A DNA stretch of 64,000 nucleotides from Candidatus Obscuribacteraceae bacterium (GTDB lineage Bacteria; Cyanobacteriota; Vampirovibrionia; Obscuribacterales; Obscuribacteraceae): positions 1 through 64,000 of the forward strand of contig JBGASG010000006.1 in the NCBI GenBank assembly GCA_044229845.1, in the 5' to 3' direction. Below, piece after piece: positions 1 to 9,518 of this stretch; the stretch's first letter is position 1; each line of letters opens with the position of its first letter. The notes under the pieces were generated by a model. It searched no databases. It was not told where the DNA came from and saw nothing but the letters and a program-made list of their open reading frames with translations. Both the position numbers and the translations under genes were made by a program.

Positions 1-456
1 AGGAAGTTTCTGGCGCTCGCAGTCGAATGCGAGGAACGCAGCGACCTCCCGCAGGCGGCAGATTACTTGCAACTGGCAATCTCGCAGGCGGAGCTGACGC
101 GAGATGAAGACTTCGTCCAGGTCGTGGGCTACCGACTCTCCGCCTTTTTTCGCCGTCTGGGCGAAAACGAGCAAGCCGCTCATGTCGAGGAGAAAGCCAA
201 CCTCATCCTTTCGTCTGAGAAAAGGCCCGCCCGCATAATTCAGTTGGAGATGGCCCGCAACACGATTGAGTCGCTGAAAAGACGCGGCGAAATCGCCGAC
301 GAGACCGATGCGCTGGACAAAATCAGGAGTAAAGCCTGGCTGATCAGTCATGGATGCGCGCCGATTGCCGATCTGTTAATGAGCGAAACCGGCAAGCAGG
401 CGGTGCAAGCAGTTTTTCAAGAAACGGGCACATACACGCAATTGACTTCGAACTGA
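1..456 (+). CDS. 5'-truncated hypothetical helical protein (possibly TPR-like)
   Basis: Frame 1 is open from base 1 (RKFLALAVECEERSDLPQAADYLQLAIS...) to TGA at 454-456; the start lies upstream of the window. Confidence 0.6.
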   Translation, partial: RKFLALAVECEERSDLPQAADYLQLAISQAELTRDEDFVQVVGYRLSAFFRRLGENEQAAHVEEKANLILSSEKRPARIIQLEMARNTIESLKRRGEIADETDALDKIRSKAWLISHGCAPIADLLMSETGKQAVQAVFQETGTYTQLTSN

Positions 457-607
457 GAACGTCCCCGTACGTCCTTGCAACGGCACTACCAGCAGTATCA
501 GTATGTAAGCCGACGCATGTGATGTGGCGGTGACAGCCTCGTCAAGAGCAGGAACATCTATACTCAGCCGCGGTCCTCTAGATCGAACCCTTTTCCGGAA
601 ATGAACC

Positions 608-928
608 GTGAAACTTTGTAAGTCCTGCCTTTTTCGCGCGCCAGACGAGCGCGCCATCTGCCTCACATGCGGCGCCACAAGCTTCGAAAAGATTGATGTC
701 GCCGGTTATGTGCAGAGAACCTCATCCAGCGAATTCAAAGCATTCGTTGTTACGACGATAGAACACGCGCGCCGGTCTGCAGTCTATAGCATTTCCATCA
801 TCAGAAGTGCGCTGCACACCTTCCAGGGGCAGTCGCATCGGCGCTCTACCAATGCTATTCGCAGTAGGAATGAATCGGCGGTGCGCCAAACATCCTCGGT
901 GCCTGTTCTCTTGCGCGATTTGAAGTAA
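608..928 (+). CDS. Small hypothetical protein with N-terminal zinc ribbon
   Basis: GTG start; CKSC...CLTC pair of CxxC motifs at the N-terminus. Confidence 0.5.
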   Translation: MKLCKSCLFRAPDERAICLTCGATSFEKIDVAGYVQRTSSSEFKAFVVTTIEHARRSAVYSISIIRSALHTFQGQSHRRSTNAIRSRNESAVRQTSSVPVLLRDLK

Positions 929-980
929 ACAGAAAAGCGACATCCAGCATCTTATCGGGACGCTGGATGTCCGAAATCCG

Positions 981-1268
981 TCAGGCGCTCTTACGAGCGT
1001 CCATCTGTTCCAACAGATTGTCGCAAGCTACCGTTGCTTTTTCAGCCAGGTTCAAGCCTACTTCTTTGAGTTCGTCGCCCTTCTCGCTCACCTTCTCTTT
1101 GATCTGGGCTCGCAAGTCAGACCCTTTCATCGGTGCGAACAATGCGCCAATGGCTGCACCCAAGCCCGTACCGAGACCGATACCGACTGTTGCGCCGACG
1201 CCGGCTCCAAATATAAACGCCATTTGCACGGCCTTCATGTTCAAGCCCAATACCTTTTTGAGAAACAT
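981..1268 (-). CDS. YtxH domain-containing small membrane protein
   Basis: Gly-rich hydrophobic helix, then GALFAPMKGSDLRAQI (YtxH-type LxAPxxGxxxR) and a charged helical tail. Confidence 0.8.
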   Translation of the reverse strand: MFLKKVLGLNMKAVQMAFIFGAGVGATVGIGLGTGLGAAIGALFAPMKGSDLRAQIKEKVSEKGDELKEVGLNLAEKATVACDNLLEQMDARKSA

Positions 1269-1510
1269 AATTCACCTCGTTCTAGTGGCACCAATTGTGG
1301 TGACTCACCTCGTCCATTGCTGAGGTTGTTACCCTCGTGCTACAGGTGACGAGTATCGACCGGTTTGCGTTCCAGAATCCCGTCGGACGCGGCCGAATGG
1401 GGCATTCTCTGCTGTGACACTTTCTCAGCAACACTTCGTCTGCCCCTCTATTCAAAGGTTCAAAAATCTACGGCTGAGCTGAGGCTCGGCCCACTTATGG
1501 GGAGCACACC

Positions 1511-2050
1511 GTGAGCCTACAAACATTCGCATTGCAGTTCGCATTTCTATTTGCACCACTGATTCATCATCAAATGATTGAAGTAGAGCCAGGACTCTAT
1601 AGAGGAACGGATCCCAAAATGAAGGATCTTCCAAAGTTGCAACAGCAAGGAATTAAGACCATCGTCTCCTTCCGCACCAATGATCAACCCAAGAAGTCAC
1701 TACGGGCGTCGCAACTGGGAATGAAGTGGGTCAACATCCCGACAGGCGTATTTCTCAATCCGACGGATCAAGACTTTGATGACTTTCGAGCAGTAATCAA
1801 CAATCCAAAAAATCAGCCCTGCCTGATGACCTGCGAGGTCAACATGGATCGCACCATGGTATATCTCGCTGCACACCAGATGGTGGATAAGGGATGGAGC
1901 GCCGAGCAAATCGACCGCGAGTTCAAAGAAGCGCACCAGAAGACCTGGTGGCCGCCGTTCCGCAAATACAGAGAAACGGTGGCAAACTACGCTGCGAAGC
2001 GTCGTGCTTCTAATTCTATTGCCGCCGGCACCGACTCACCGAACAACTAG
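1511..2050 (+). CDS. Cys-dependent (tyrosine/dual-specificity-like) phosphatase family protein, possibly exported
   Basis: LYRG..P, GIKTIVSFR and CX5R loop CEVNMDR(T); hydrophobic N-terminus. Confidence 0.75.
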   Translation: MSLQTFALQFAFLFAPLIHHQMIEVEPGLYRGTDPKMKDLPKLQQQGIKTIVSFRTNDQPKKSLRASQLGMKWVNIPTGVFLNPTDQDFDDFRAVINNPKNQPCLMTCEVNMDRTMVYLAAHQMVDKGWSAEQIDREFKEAHQKTWWPPFRKYRETVANYAAKRRASNSIAAGTDSPNN

Positions 2051-2212
2051 TTAGAACGCGGCATATATAAAAGGTTTCGACGGCAGCGACAGCCGGTACA
2101 GAATGTAGTGCGCGAACACGTCGACGGCCAGTCCCATCACCAGTGAAAGCACGGTCGCGGTGACGCGCATGCCGGGTCGCGAACCGCCGGTTTTTATCGC
2201 CCGCACGACCAT
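2051..2212 (-). CDS. DltX-like acyl-shuttle microprotein (53 aa, not in the ORF track)
   Basis: Manual translation MVVRAIKTGGSRPGMRVTATVLSLVMGLAVDVFAHYILYRLSLPSKPFIYAAF*; one TM helix and C-terminal FIYxxF; directly downstream of an MBOAT gene. Start uncertain (ATG 2212, ATG 2170 or CTG 2242). Confidence 0.85.
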   Translation of the reverse strand: MVVRAIKTGGSRPGMRVTATVLSLVMGLAVDVFAHYILYRLSLPSKPFIYAAF

Positions 2213-2268
2213 CGACGGATGCTCTTCGCGCTCATAGTTCAGCGTCTGTCCGGTTGTTTAGTCTCTGT

Positions 2269-3468
2269 TTAGCCTACCGAGAACAAGAGTTTCGTCATAT
2301 GCAACGCTTCGTGCACCGGATAGAAGAACAGCAGCCAACCCAGTCCAACGAAGACCATAGTGACCGCCCAGCCCAGCATGGGGGCGCGATCGAACACCAC
2401 GCCGATACCGGCGCCGACAGGACCAAGTGCCTTGCGATATGAGTTTTGAACGGCCAGACCGACCCCGTGATATAGACCCCAGACAATGAAATTCCAGGCT
2501 GCGCCATGCCAGAGTCCGCACAGTGCAAAGGCGAAGAGTCCGTTGAACACACGGCGGGCGGTGCCCAGTCTGTTGCCGCCGAGTGGAATGTATACATAGT
2601 CCCGAATCCAGCTCGACAACGAGATGTGCCAGCGCTGCCAGAAGTCTTGAATGCTGGTGGCAACGTACGGCCAGTTGAAGTTTTTCGGCAGCTGAATGCC
2701 CATCATGCGCGAGAAACCGATAGCCATGTCGCTGTAGCCGCTGAAATCCATATAGATACGGAAGGCGATGGCAATCAACACAGCCCATCGCCATTCGATA
2801 GGCAGAGCAGCGAATGTCGGTCCCTTGTGATCGATGAACGCCGTCAGGTTATCCGCGATAACAGCCTTTTTGAAAAAACCGACTGCGACCAGAAGCAATC
2901 CCTCTGAGACATCGCGCAGATTGACTTTCGCAAGCCCAGTCTCGAGGGCGGGAAGAAACTGCGAATAGCGCTTAATGGGACCCGCCACCAGCGACGGGAA
3001 GTAGAACGTGAACTGAGCGAAGTGAGTGATCTTCTTGATCGGTTCGCCTCCCTTCATTACTTCAAACAGGTAGTGCACGAATTCGAAGGTGAAGAAACTG
3101 ATCGCCAGTGGCGGCAGTTCGGGCAGGAAGTGTTTAGCCGTGGTGGCAGCGTGTTCACCTAGAGTCGGCCAGAAGTGAGAAATCACCTCGTTGCAGAAGA
3201 AGTGCGTGTATTTGTACATGCACAACGACAACACGCACAGGAATATTCCGAATTTGCACCAGTTCTTGTTCTGGCTTTTACCAATGAAGTATGTCACTAG
3301 ACCGAGCGCGATAATCGGCGCCACGCCGGCTGGTCCAGCGAAGTTAGCGTGGAAGATAAAGCAAAAGGCCAGCAGCAGCGCGAAGCGATAGCGCGGCGCC
3401 TTGACTGCCCAGTAGAGGGGCAAGAACACAAACGCTGCAACCAGAAACCAGTAAGTCGAAAAAATCAT
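2269..3468 (-). CDS. MBOAT family O-acyltransferase (DltB/AlgI/PatA-like), short form without C-terminal FIYxxF tail
   Basis: PLAISFFTF, FPSLVAGPI, DFSGYSDMAIG, FWQRWHISLSSW, GLWHGA (catalytic His); ends KLLFSVG. Confidence 0.95.
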   Translation of the reverse strand: MIFSTYWFLVAAFVFLPLYWAVKAPRYRFALLLAFCFIFHANFAGPAGVAPIIALGLVTYFIGKSQNKNWCKFGIFLCVLSLCMYKYTHFFCNEVISHFWPTLGEHAATTAKHFLPELPPLAISFFTFEFVHYLFEVMKGGEPIKKITHFAQFTFYFPSLVAGPIKRYSQFLPALETGLAKVNLRDVSEGLLLVAVGFFKKAVIADNLTAFIDHKGPTFAALPIEWRWAVLIAIAFRIYMDFSGYSDMAIGFSRMMGIQLPKNFNWPYVATSIQDFWQRWHISLSSWIRDYVYIPLGGNRLGTARRVFNGLFAFALCGLWHGAAWNFIVWGLYHGVGLAVQNSYRKALGPVGAGIGVVFDRAPMLGWAVTMVFVGLGWLLFFYPVHEALHMTKLLFSVG

Positions 3469-3477
3469 CAGTGGATA

Positions 3478-4929
3478 TCAGAATTGGAAGTAGATGAACG
3501 GTTGTTGGTCTACGGGCAAGAACGTCACCACAAGGATGATGCCGACGAAGCAGAGGACAGCCTGCGCAGGAGCGTTCAGCTTGATGTGAACCTTACCCTG
3601 CGCAAGCACGATGATTGCGGTGCCGACCAGAAGCCCGGCGATCATGGCCAGGGTAATCGGAACCACGACCGGAAGGTTTTGATTCAGCACGAGCAGATGT
3701 CCGCCCACTTCGCTCTTGGTGAACAGCGGGCGCAAGAAAACCATCTTCTTGACGATATTGAATGCGGTGCTCATGTCCTGCACGCGGAAGAATACCCAGC
3801 CGATGCAGACCGCCTGGAATGTGAGAAACGTGCAGAGCACTTTGCCCACGTAGCTATCAACGGCAGTTTTGAGCCACTTCGTTGCTTCTTTGACCGCACG
3901 AAACTCACGGTGCACAACCAGCAGCAATCCGTGATAAATGCCCCAGACGACGAAGTTCCACGAAGCACCATGCCAGAGACCACCGAGAGTCATGGTGAGC
4001 AGCAGGTTGCGATTGACGTTCCAGCGACCGCCGCGCGAGCCGCCCAGCGGAATAAACAAATAATCGCGCAGCCATGTCGACAACGAGATGTGCCAGCGGT
4101 GCCAGAATTCCGAAATGTTGTTGGCGATGTACGGCAGGTTGAAGTTGAGCGGGATGTGATAACCAAACAGCATCGCCGAACCGCGGGCAATGTCGGTGTA
4201 GCCGCTGAAGTCGAAGAAAATCTGGAACGCGAATGCGTAGGCATACAGCCACATCTCGATCGCACCGAATGCACCGGGATCATTGAGTCCCATCTGGACG
4301 AATGACGCCAGGTTGTCCGCGAGCAGCAGTTTCTTCACCAATCCCATGACGATCAGCGGCATGCCTTCATCGAAGTATTGAAGCTTGAGCTTGCGGTCTT
4401 CCAGCATCTGGGCGACGAAGTCTGGATAGCGTTTAATCGGTCCCGCTATCTGTGTGGGGAAGAAGGCGGCGAAGAGAGCGAATAGCGTGAAGGAACGGAC
4501 CAGTTCGCCGCCGCGATAAACCTCGAACAAGTAATGAATGAATTCGAAAACGAAGAACGAAATGCCGAGCGGCAAAATGATATTGACCGCCCAATCCGGC
4601 GCGTGCCCGGTAGTGATACCAATCATGGAAGCGATGGACGCCAGTGCGAAGTTGGCGTATTTGAAGGTGCCCAGAACCGCCAGGTTGACCGCAACACCAG
4701 TGCCGAAGAGCAGTTTCTTGTGTTTTTCGCTGCGCTGGATGTACGGCGCAAACATGTAGTTGAACACCGTCAGCGGTATCAACAGCAAAAGGAAGACAGC
4801 CATCCAGCTGGCATAGAAGAGATAACTCGCCACCAGCAGCATGGGAAGACGCGCCGATTTTGGCAGCAGCCAGAAAAGGGCTACCACCAGCGGCAGAAAA
4901 CACGCGTACTGAATCGTCGTGAACAGCAT
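3478..4929 (-). CDS. MBOAT family O-acyltransferase (AlgI/PatA-like) with fused C-terminal FIYFQF motif
   Basis: LPLGISFF, FFPTQIAGPI, DFSGYTDIA, FWHRWHISLSTW, GLWHGA; ends QQPFIYFQF. Confidence 0.95.
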   Translation of the reverse strand: MLFTTIQYACFLPLVVALFWLLPKSARLPMLLVASYLFYASWMAVFLLLLIPLTVFNYMFAPYIQRSEKHKKLLFGTGVAVNLAVLGTFKYANFALASIASMIGITTGHAPDWAVNIILPLGISFFVFEFIHYLFEVYRGGELVRSFTLFALFAAFFPTQIAGPIKRYPDFVAQMLEDRKLKLQYFDEGMPLIVMGLVKKLLLADNLASFVQMGLNDPGAFGAIEMWLYAYAFAFQIFFDFSGYTDIARGSAMLFGYHIPLNFNLPYIANNISEFWHRWHISLSTWLRDYLFIPLGGSRGGRWNVNRNLLLTMTLGGLWHGASWNFVVWGIYHGLLLVVHREFRAVKEATKWLKTAVDSYVGKVLCTFLTFQAVCIGWVFFRVQDMSTAFNIVKKMVFLRPLFTKSEVGGHLLVLNQNLPVVVPITLAMIAGLLVGTAIIVLAQGKVHIKLNAPAQAVLCFVGIILVVTFLPVDQQPFIYFQF

Positions 4930-5054
4930 GGGCGCCTGATGCTAAGTAGAAGGAGAGTGTAGTTGAAACAATGACAACCAGACCTTAGTGACTACTAACT
5001 GACCCAGCGCCGCCATATGACGACATCCGGTTAAGCCTCTGCTCCGCCGATATC

Positions 5055-5115
5055 TTGACGACATTCGAGCACGGGATATACAATGCCTTCAGTAATTGAA
5101 GGCGATGCAGGCATT
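5055..5115 (+). promoter_or_regulatory. Sigma70-type promoter and inverted-repeat operator of the TA operon
   Basis: TTGACG (5055-5060), 18 nt, TACAAT (5079-5084); inverted repeat GCCTTCA-N5-TGAAGGC (5085-5103). Confidence 0.65.
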
Positions 5116-5117
5116 AT

Positions 5118-5369
5118 ATGAAGCAGCTGACTATACGAGGAGTTTCGAGCGATCTGGCGCAGGCGATTGATGGCGAGCGGCGCAGGCGGGGCGTTTCGCT
5201 CAATCAGACGCTGTTGGATGTGCTGAGCCAGGCGTTAAATGTCTCGACTGGCAAATCTGCCGGGAATGGACTCAAAGATCTCGCCGGCACGTGGAGCGCA
5301 GAAGAGCTGCTCGATTTTGAAAACAACACCCGCACTTTCGAGCAGATAGATGAGGAGCTCTGGAGCTAA
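5118..5369 (+). CDS. vapB: Ribbon-helix-helix antitoxin (VapB/FitA-like)
   Basis: MKQLTIRGV...GVSLNQ RHH pattern; acidic C-terminus; stop overlaps the start of the PIN gene (TAATG). Confidence 0.8.
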   Translation: MKQLTIRGVSSDLAQAIDGERRRRGVSLNQTLLDVLSQALNVSTGKSAGNGLKDLAGTWSAEELLDFENNTRTFEQIDEELWS

Positions 5370-5767
5370 TGCGACTTTGCCTCGACACCTCGGCCTATAG
5401 CCAGTTCAAGAAGGGTGAGCCGGAGGCAGTAAAAATCATCGATGAAGCAACCGAGGTCTGCGTGCCAGTCACGGTGCTGGGCGAACTGCGAGCCGGCTTC
5501 CGCTGCGGATCTCGCTACGACAAGAATGAGGAAGAGCTGGTTAAGTTTCTTGAGCACAGCGCGGTTCGGATTCTAGACCTGTGCGAACCCGCCTCCCGGC
5601 ACTACGCGAATATATACGAGCAGTTGCGGCGTAACGGAACGCCGGTGCCGACCAACGACATGTGGATAGCCGCGGCAGCATTGCACGACGGTGCAACGAT
5701 TCTCACTTTCGATCCGCACTTCGAATTGATTCGCGGAGTGGGAGTGATATTGCTCAAGTCTTATTAG
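5369..5767 (+). CDS. vapC: PIN-domain ribonuclease toxin (VapC family)
   Basis: LDTSAY, VLGEL, PTNDMWIAA and TFDPHF PIN motifs. Confidence 0.92.
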   Translation: MRLCLDTSAYSQFKKGEPEAVKIIDEATEVCVPVTVLGELRAGFRCGSRYDKNEEELVKFLEHSAVRILDLCEPASRHYANIYEQLRRNGTPVPTNDMWIAAAALHDGATILTFDPHFELIRGVGVILLKSY

Positions 5768-5831
5768 TGACCACTCAGGTGTCATAGACCGACATTGTCA
5801 ATAATCGCCATGATCACGACGGGGGCCACGT

Positions 5832-7142
5832 TTGCAAAAGCCCAAATGGCGCCACATCGCAGCGCGAGCAGCGGGAAGCACATTCCTGCTGACTTTGCTT
5901 TTGCTGGTTTCCTTCGACGTTTTTTTGAATTACGTAAAGCCGTTGCGTTACGCGAACCACACCGGCTTCACCACGATCAGACAGAACCATCTCGTTTCTA
6001 AACTTCCACCAATCATGGAGTCGTCGGAAGACAGAGACGTTTTATTAACTGGTTCTTCAACAATGCTGGTACCGGCAGTGCGCTGCGACGATGAATTTCA
6101 CGGTCGCCGCACTAGATTCGATCCCTGGTACAAACGCAACTTTTTAAATGAATACTACAGCGCGGATTACCTGGAGAAACTGTTATCCGATGCCGCCCAC
6201 CGCCCGGTGAGCGTGTGGAACGCATCGGTGTCGGCCAGTTTGATGTCCGATCAATATCTGATCGTGCGCAAATATTTGTCGACCGGTCGCCGCCCGAAAG
6301 TAGTGATCATTTCGCTGGCACCGCGTGAGTTTCTCGACAACGATCGCAAGAATGTGGAGAAGACGGCGACCTATTCCTTATTAGCCGATTTCACATCGCT
6401 GCCGGAGCTGGTTCGCGAAACCAAAGATCCCTGGCGGCTAGCCGATGCTTTCCTTGGTGTTGGCTGGAGTTACTACAAAGCGCGCGGCGACTACAGAAGT
6501 TTCTTCGACTCGGTAATTTCAAAGACCACCGGACATCCGATCAATAATTTCCAGGCTCAAATCGTCCTCAATGGCGGAAAGCTTTTTGATGACGCACCGA
6601 AGGTGGTGCTGAATCCGGAGGATGTCGATTACGGAGTTCTCGATCAAGTAAAACCAGACTACGAGCCCAAACCAAACACCCTCAAAGACATCGGCAGTTA
6701 CCAGCGCATGTATCTGCCCATAAATCAGGAGCAGTTCAAAACCCAGACCGAGTATTTGAACAAGCTGCTGACTTTGTTGAATCAGGAAAAAATTGCCACG
6801 GTCGTGGTCGACATTCCGTTGGTCCCCGAGAATTACGCATTGCTGCCGAAAGAGGTGCTGGCGCAATATCGACAGATGCTGGGAGATCAGTGCGCCGCAC
6901 ACAACGTGCCGTTGATTGCCCCGGGACGCTCCGACGGCAATCAGGGTATCAATGAAACCGCCATTCCAGCACTAGCGCGCACCTATGAAAGAAACGATTA
7001 CGAAGACACCGTGCACATGAATGCCAGTGGCGGCAAGAAACTCTTCCAGTCCATCGCCGACACCATTTCTGGTGAGCCGCAATTGAGATCATCGCTAAGT
7101 CAGCAAGCTCGATCTGTTGCATCAACGAACCACAGCCTGTAA
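5832..7142 (+). CDS. Membrane-anchored SGNH/DltD-like acyltransferase (DUF1574-like)
   Basis: N-terminal TM helix; LLTGSS (nucleophile block), WNASVSAS, C-terminal DTVH(MN..GG) DxxH motif as in DltD/AlgJ-type SGNH proteins; next to MBOAT genes. Confidence 0.75.
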   Translation: MQKPKWRHIAARAAGSTFLLTLLLLVSFDVFLNYVKPLRYANHTGFTTIRQNHLVSKLPPIMESSEDRDVLLTGSSTMLVPAVRCDDEFHGRRTRFDPWYKRNFLNEYYSADYLEKLLSDAAHRPVSVWNASVSASLMSDQYLIVRKYLSTGRRPKVVIISLAPREFLDNDRKNVEKTATYSLLADFTSLPELVRETKDPWRLADAFLGVGWSYYKARGDYRSFFDSVISKTTGHPINNFQAQIVLNGGKLFDDAPKVVLNPEDVDYGVLDQVKPDYEPKPNTLKDIGSYQRMYLPINQEQFKTQTEYLNKLLTLLNQEKIATVVVDIPLVPENYALLPKEVLAQYRQMLGDQCAAHNVPLIAPGRSDGNQGINETAIPALARTYERNDYEDTVHMNASGGKKLFQSIADTISGEPQLRSSLSQQARSVASTNHSL

Positions 7143-7160
7143 GCTCCATTGAGTTTCGAC

Positions 7161-9302
7161 TTACTGCGGCTTAGCAGCGCGGGCATAAGCAGAGATAGCA
7201 GTCCGAATTGATGCCAATTCCGGAGTAACTGGTGCACTTTCGAGGGTTTTGAGAGCCTTTTCGAACTCGGCACCAGCGGCGCCAAATTGCTTTTCGCGAA
7301 CAAGTGTATTCCCTAGCTTGCACCGCGTCCATGCAAGCTGGCGCACATTAACAGGCGCCGCGCGAGCAAGCATCTCGGACTCTGCTCGGAACGCCGCTTC
7401 TGCAGTTTGATAATCCGAACTCTCAAACGCTGACTGCCCCAGCTGGTCGAGAGTAAATCCCAGTTGCGCCGAGTCCGGACTAGACAGGCTCTTCGCCGCT
7501 GCCACGGCTTGAGCATAGCAGCCCTTAGCTTTTTGGAATTGACCTTTTTTGAAATAGCAGTCGCCCATAAATCGGAGGAGATCCTCGGGCTTATCCTTCC
7601 CCGTAGATTCTAGTCCGGTGCTTGCCTGTTCAAGATATTTCAGAGCCAGATCGACGTCAACGTGGACAAGAAATTCAGCACCAGTCAGTTGAAATATAGC
7701 AATCTTCCCAGGCAAATGCTGTGTGGTTGCAACCGCGAGATCAAAGAATCTGACTGATTCAGCTTTATCTCCAGCCTGAAGGCTCAGTCGCCCCAACCCA
7801 AATAGGGTGCTTGCTCTAACTTGATCAGTCCCGACAGACGCCACTTTCATCAGAAATGGTTTGCCGCGCTGCGCCTCTTTCCTCGCAGAGAACGCGAAAG
7901 CGAATTGGTTGGCCATTTGCAGCGCCGGCAATGGCTCCATCTCGGCATATTCACCGAGCGCTTCCAAGACAGTCTGGTCCATGGCACTGCTCAATTTCCC
8001 GTGCTGGAGGAGCGTCAAACCCTGTTCTAAGACTTTCAAGTATGCAAGACGCGCCTCGTCGCGAAGCTGTTGCGCGCCGAAGCTGCGCGCTAACCCAGCA
8101 TTCGCCGCCATTACACCAGCGTCATCATTGGCCGCCAACGCAAGCTGCTGCGTCTCCTGGTACAAAGGAACAGCCGCCTTGAAATCATCTTTCTTTTCAT
8201 AGTAGTTAGCCAACGCCAACGAAGCTCGCGACTTCTCAGCCGCGGACCCAGCGAAGCGGTATCTCGCCTGCGCATTCAGGAGATCCCAATTTGTCCATGC
8301 ACCAAAGGCGACACCGATCAGCACAGTTGATATAGCACTCACGGCGATCACGGTAGCGCGGTCGCCCAAGCAAAGTCCCCACGCGCCTTTGTTTTTTGGC
8401 ACTTTGATTTGCACGTTGGGATCCTTAGCGAACCGCTCCAGATCCACTTTGACAGCGTCAAAAGATCCGTAGCGCTGATTACGGTTCTTCGTCATAGCCT
8501 TGAAGCATATGGACTCGAGCGCTAAGGGCAAATTTTGCTTTCTAGCAAACGGTGCCGGCTGCGATGAGACATGGTTGTGCATTATTGCCACAGGATCTTC
8601 GAGGTTATAGGGGACTTGCCCGGTCAGAACCTCATACATCAAGCAGCCAAATGAGTAGATATCAGATCGTCCATCAAGTTCTTCGCCACGACACTGCTCC
8701 GGACTCATATAGCGAGGATCCCCTACGACCTCCCCCGTTCGAGTAAGCCGCTGACGATCTGAACCGTCGAGTAGTTTCGCCAATCCAAAGTCCACCACTC
8801 TGGGAGAGACATCCGAATTCTCCGAAACAACCATCATTACGTTGTCCGGCTTCAGATCTCGATGCAAGACCCCATTATCGTGGGCATGTTGCATCGCATC
8901 GGCGATCTGCACAAAATACTGCAACGCTTCGCCTGGCTGAATTGCTTTTCGCTCAAACACGAGCTGCCCGAGCGACACGCCCTGCACATACTCCATGGCC
9001 AAGTAAACAGATTGCTCAAAGCCGCCAAAGCCGAAAATCGAGAGTATGTTTTCATGCTTGAGCTTCGAGATGATCCTCGCCTCACGCTGAAAGCGCCTGA
9101 CTGCACCAGCGTCTGCGGTGTAGCGCGGATGCAAAACTTTGATTGCAGCAAGGCGATTCAGATCGAGATGCCTCGCCTTGTACACGGTGCCCATGCCACC
9201 GGCACCCAGTAACTCGAGGATCTCGTAGCGAGAATCAATGATCACACCGCGAGCTAGTGCAATCGATCCTCCGGTTGCCGGTCTTAGTTGATCATTGTTC
9301 AT
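7161..9302 (-). CDS. Ser/Thr protein kinase with TM helix and C-terminal TPR-like domain
   Basis: GAGGMGTVY, AIK, HRDLKPDN, DFG, YMSPEQ, SDIYS; hydrophobic segment followed by helical repeats. Confidence 0.95.
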   Translation of the reverse strand: MNNDQLRPATGGSIALARGVIIDSRYEILELLGAGGMGTVYKARHLDLNRLAAIKVLHPRYTADAGAVRRFQREARIISKLKHENILSIFGFGGFEQSVYLAMEYVQGVSLGQLVFERKAIQPGEALQYFVQIADAMQHAHDNGVLHRDLKPDNVMMVVSENSDVSPRVVDFGLAKLLDGSDRQRLTRTGEVVGDPRYMSPEQCRGEELDGRSDIYSFGCLMYEVLTGQVPYNLEDPVAIMHNHVSSQPAPFARKQNLPLALESICFKAMTKNRNQRYGSFDAVKVDLERFAKDPNVQIKVPKNKGAWGLCLGDRATVIAVSAISTVLIGVAFGAWTNWDLLNAQARYRFAGSAAEKSRASLALANYYEKKDDFKAAVPLYQETQQLALAANDDAGVMAANAGLARSFGAQQLRDEARLAYLKVLEQGLTLLQHGKLSSAMDQTVLEALGEYAEMEPLPALQMANQFAFAFSARKEAQRGKPFLMKVASVGTDQVRASTLFGLGRLSLQAGDKAESVRFFDLAVATTQHLPGKIAIFQLTGAEFLVHVDVDLALKYLEQASTGLESTGKDKPEDLLRFMGDCYFKKGQFQKAKGCYAQAVAAAKSLSSPDSAQLGFTLDQLGQSAFESSDYQTAEAAFRAESEMLARAAPVNVRQLAWTRCKLGNTLVREKQFGAAGAEFEKALKTLESAPVTPELASIRTAISAYARAAKPQ

Positions 9303-9518
9303 GGCAAGTGTAACGTTCCGCGTCTATGCTTTATTCCCGCCCGCTCAAGCATCCAACCAACGTCCAAATCGCACAGGCAGACGCTGATTCGAACGGCAGC
9401 CGTACTCTGAGTGCAACGCAGCAATGCAACAAGGGAGGACTTAACGGTTGAACGACAGTCTGATTTTTGATAGTGTATTTTCGCTCACCATCTGGCTTGA
9501 GTCGATACCAAAATTCTG

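Larger units (their letters stand above)
4985..5775. repeat. Imperfect 12-bp direct repeat pair bracketing the VapBC module
   Basis: TTAGTGACTACT at 4985-4996 and TTAGTGACCACT at 5764-5775 (11/12 identical). Confidence 0.45.

Noticed and set aside
2051..7142. Calling the locus a dlt (teichoic acid D-alanylation) or alg operon
   Set aside because: No DltA/DltC or polymer-synthesis genes are present; substrate and acyl donor cannot be determined, so no gene symbols were assigned
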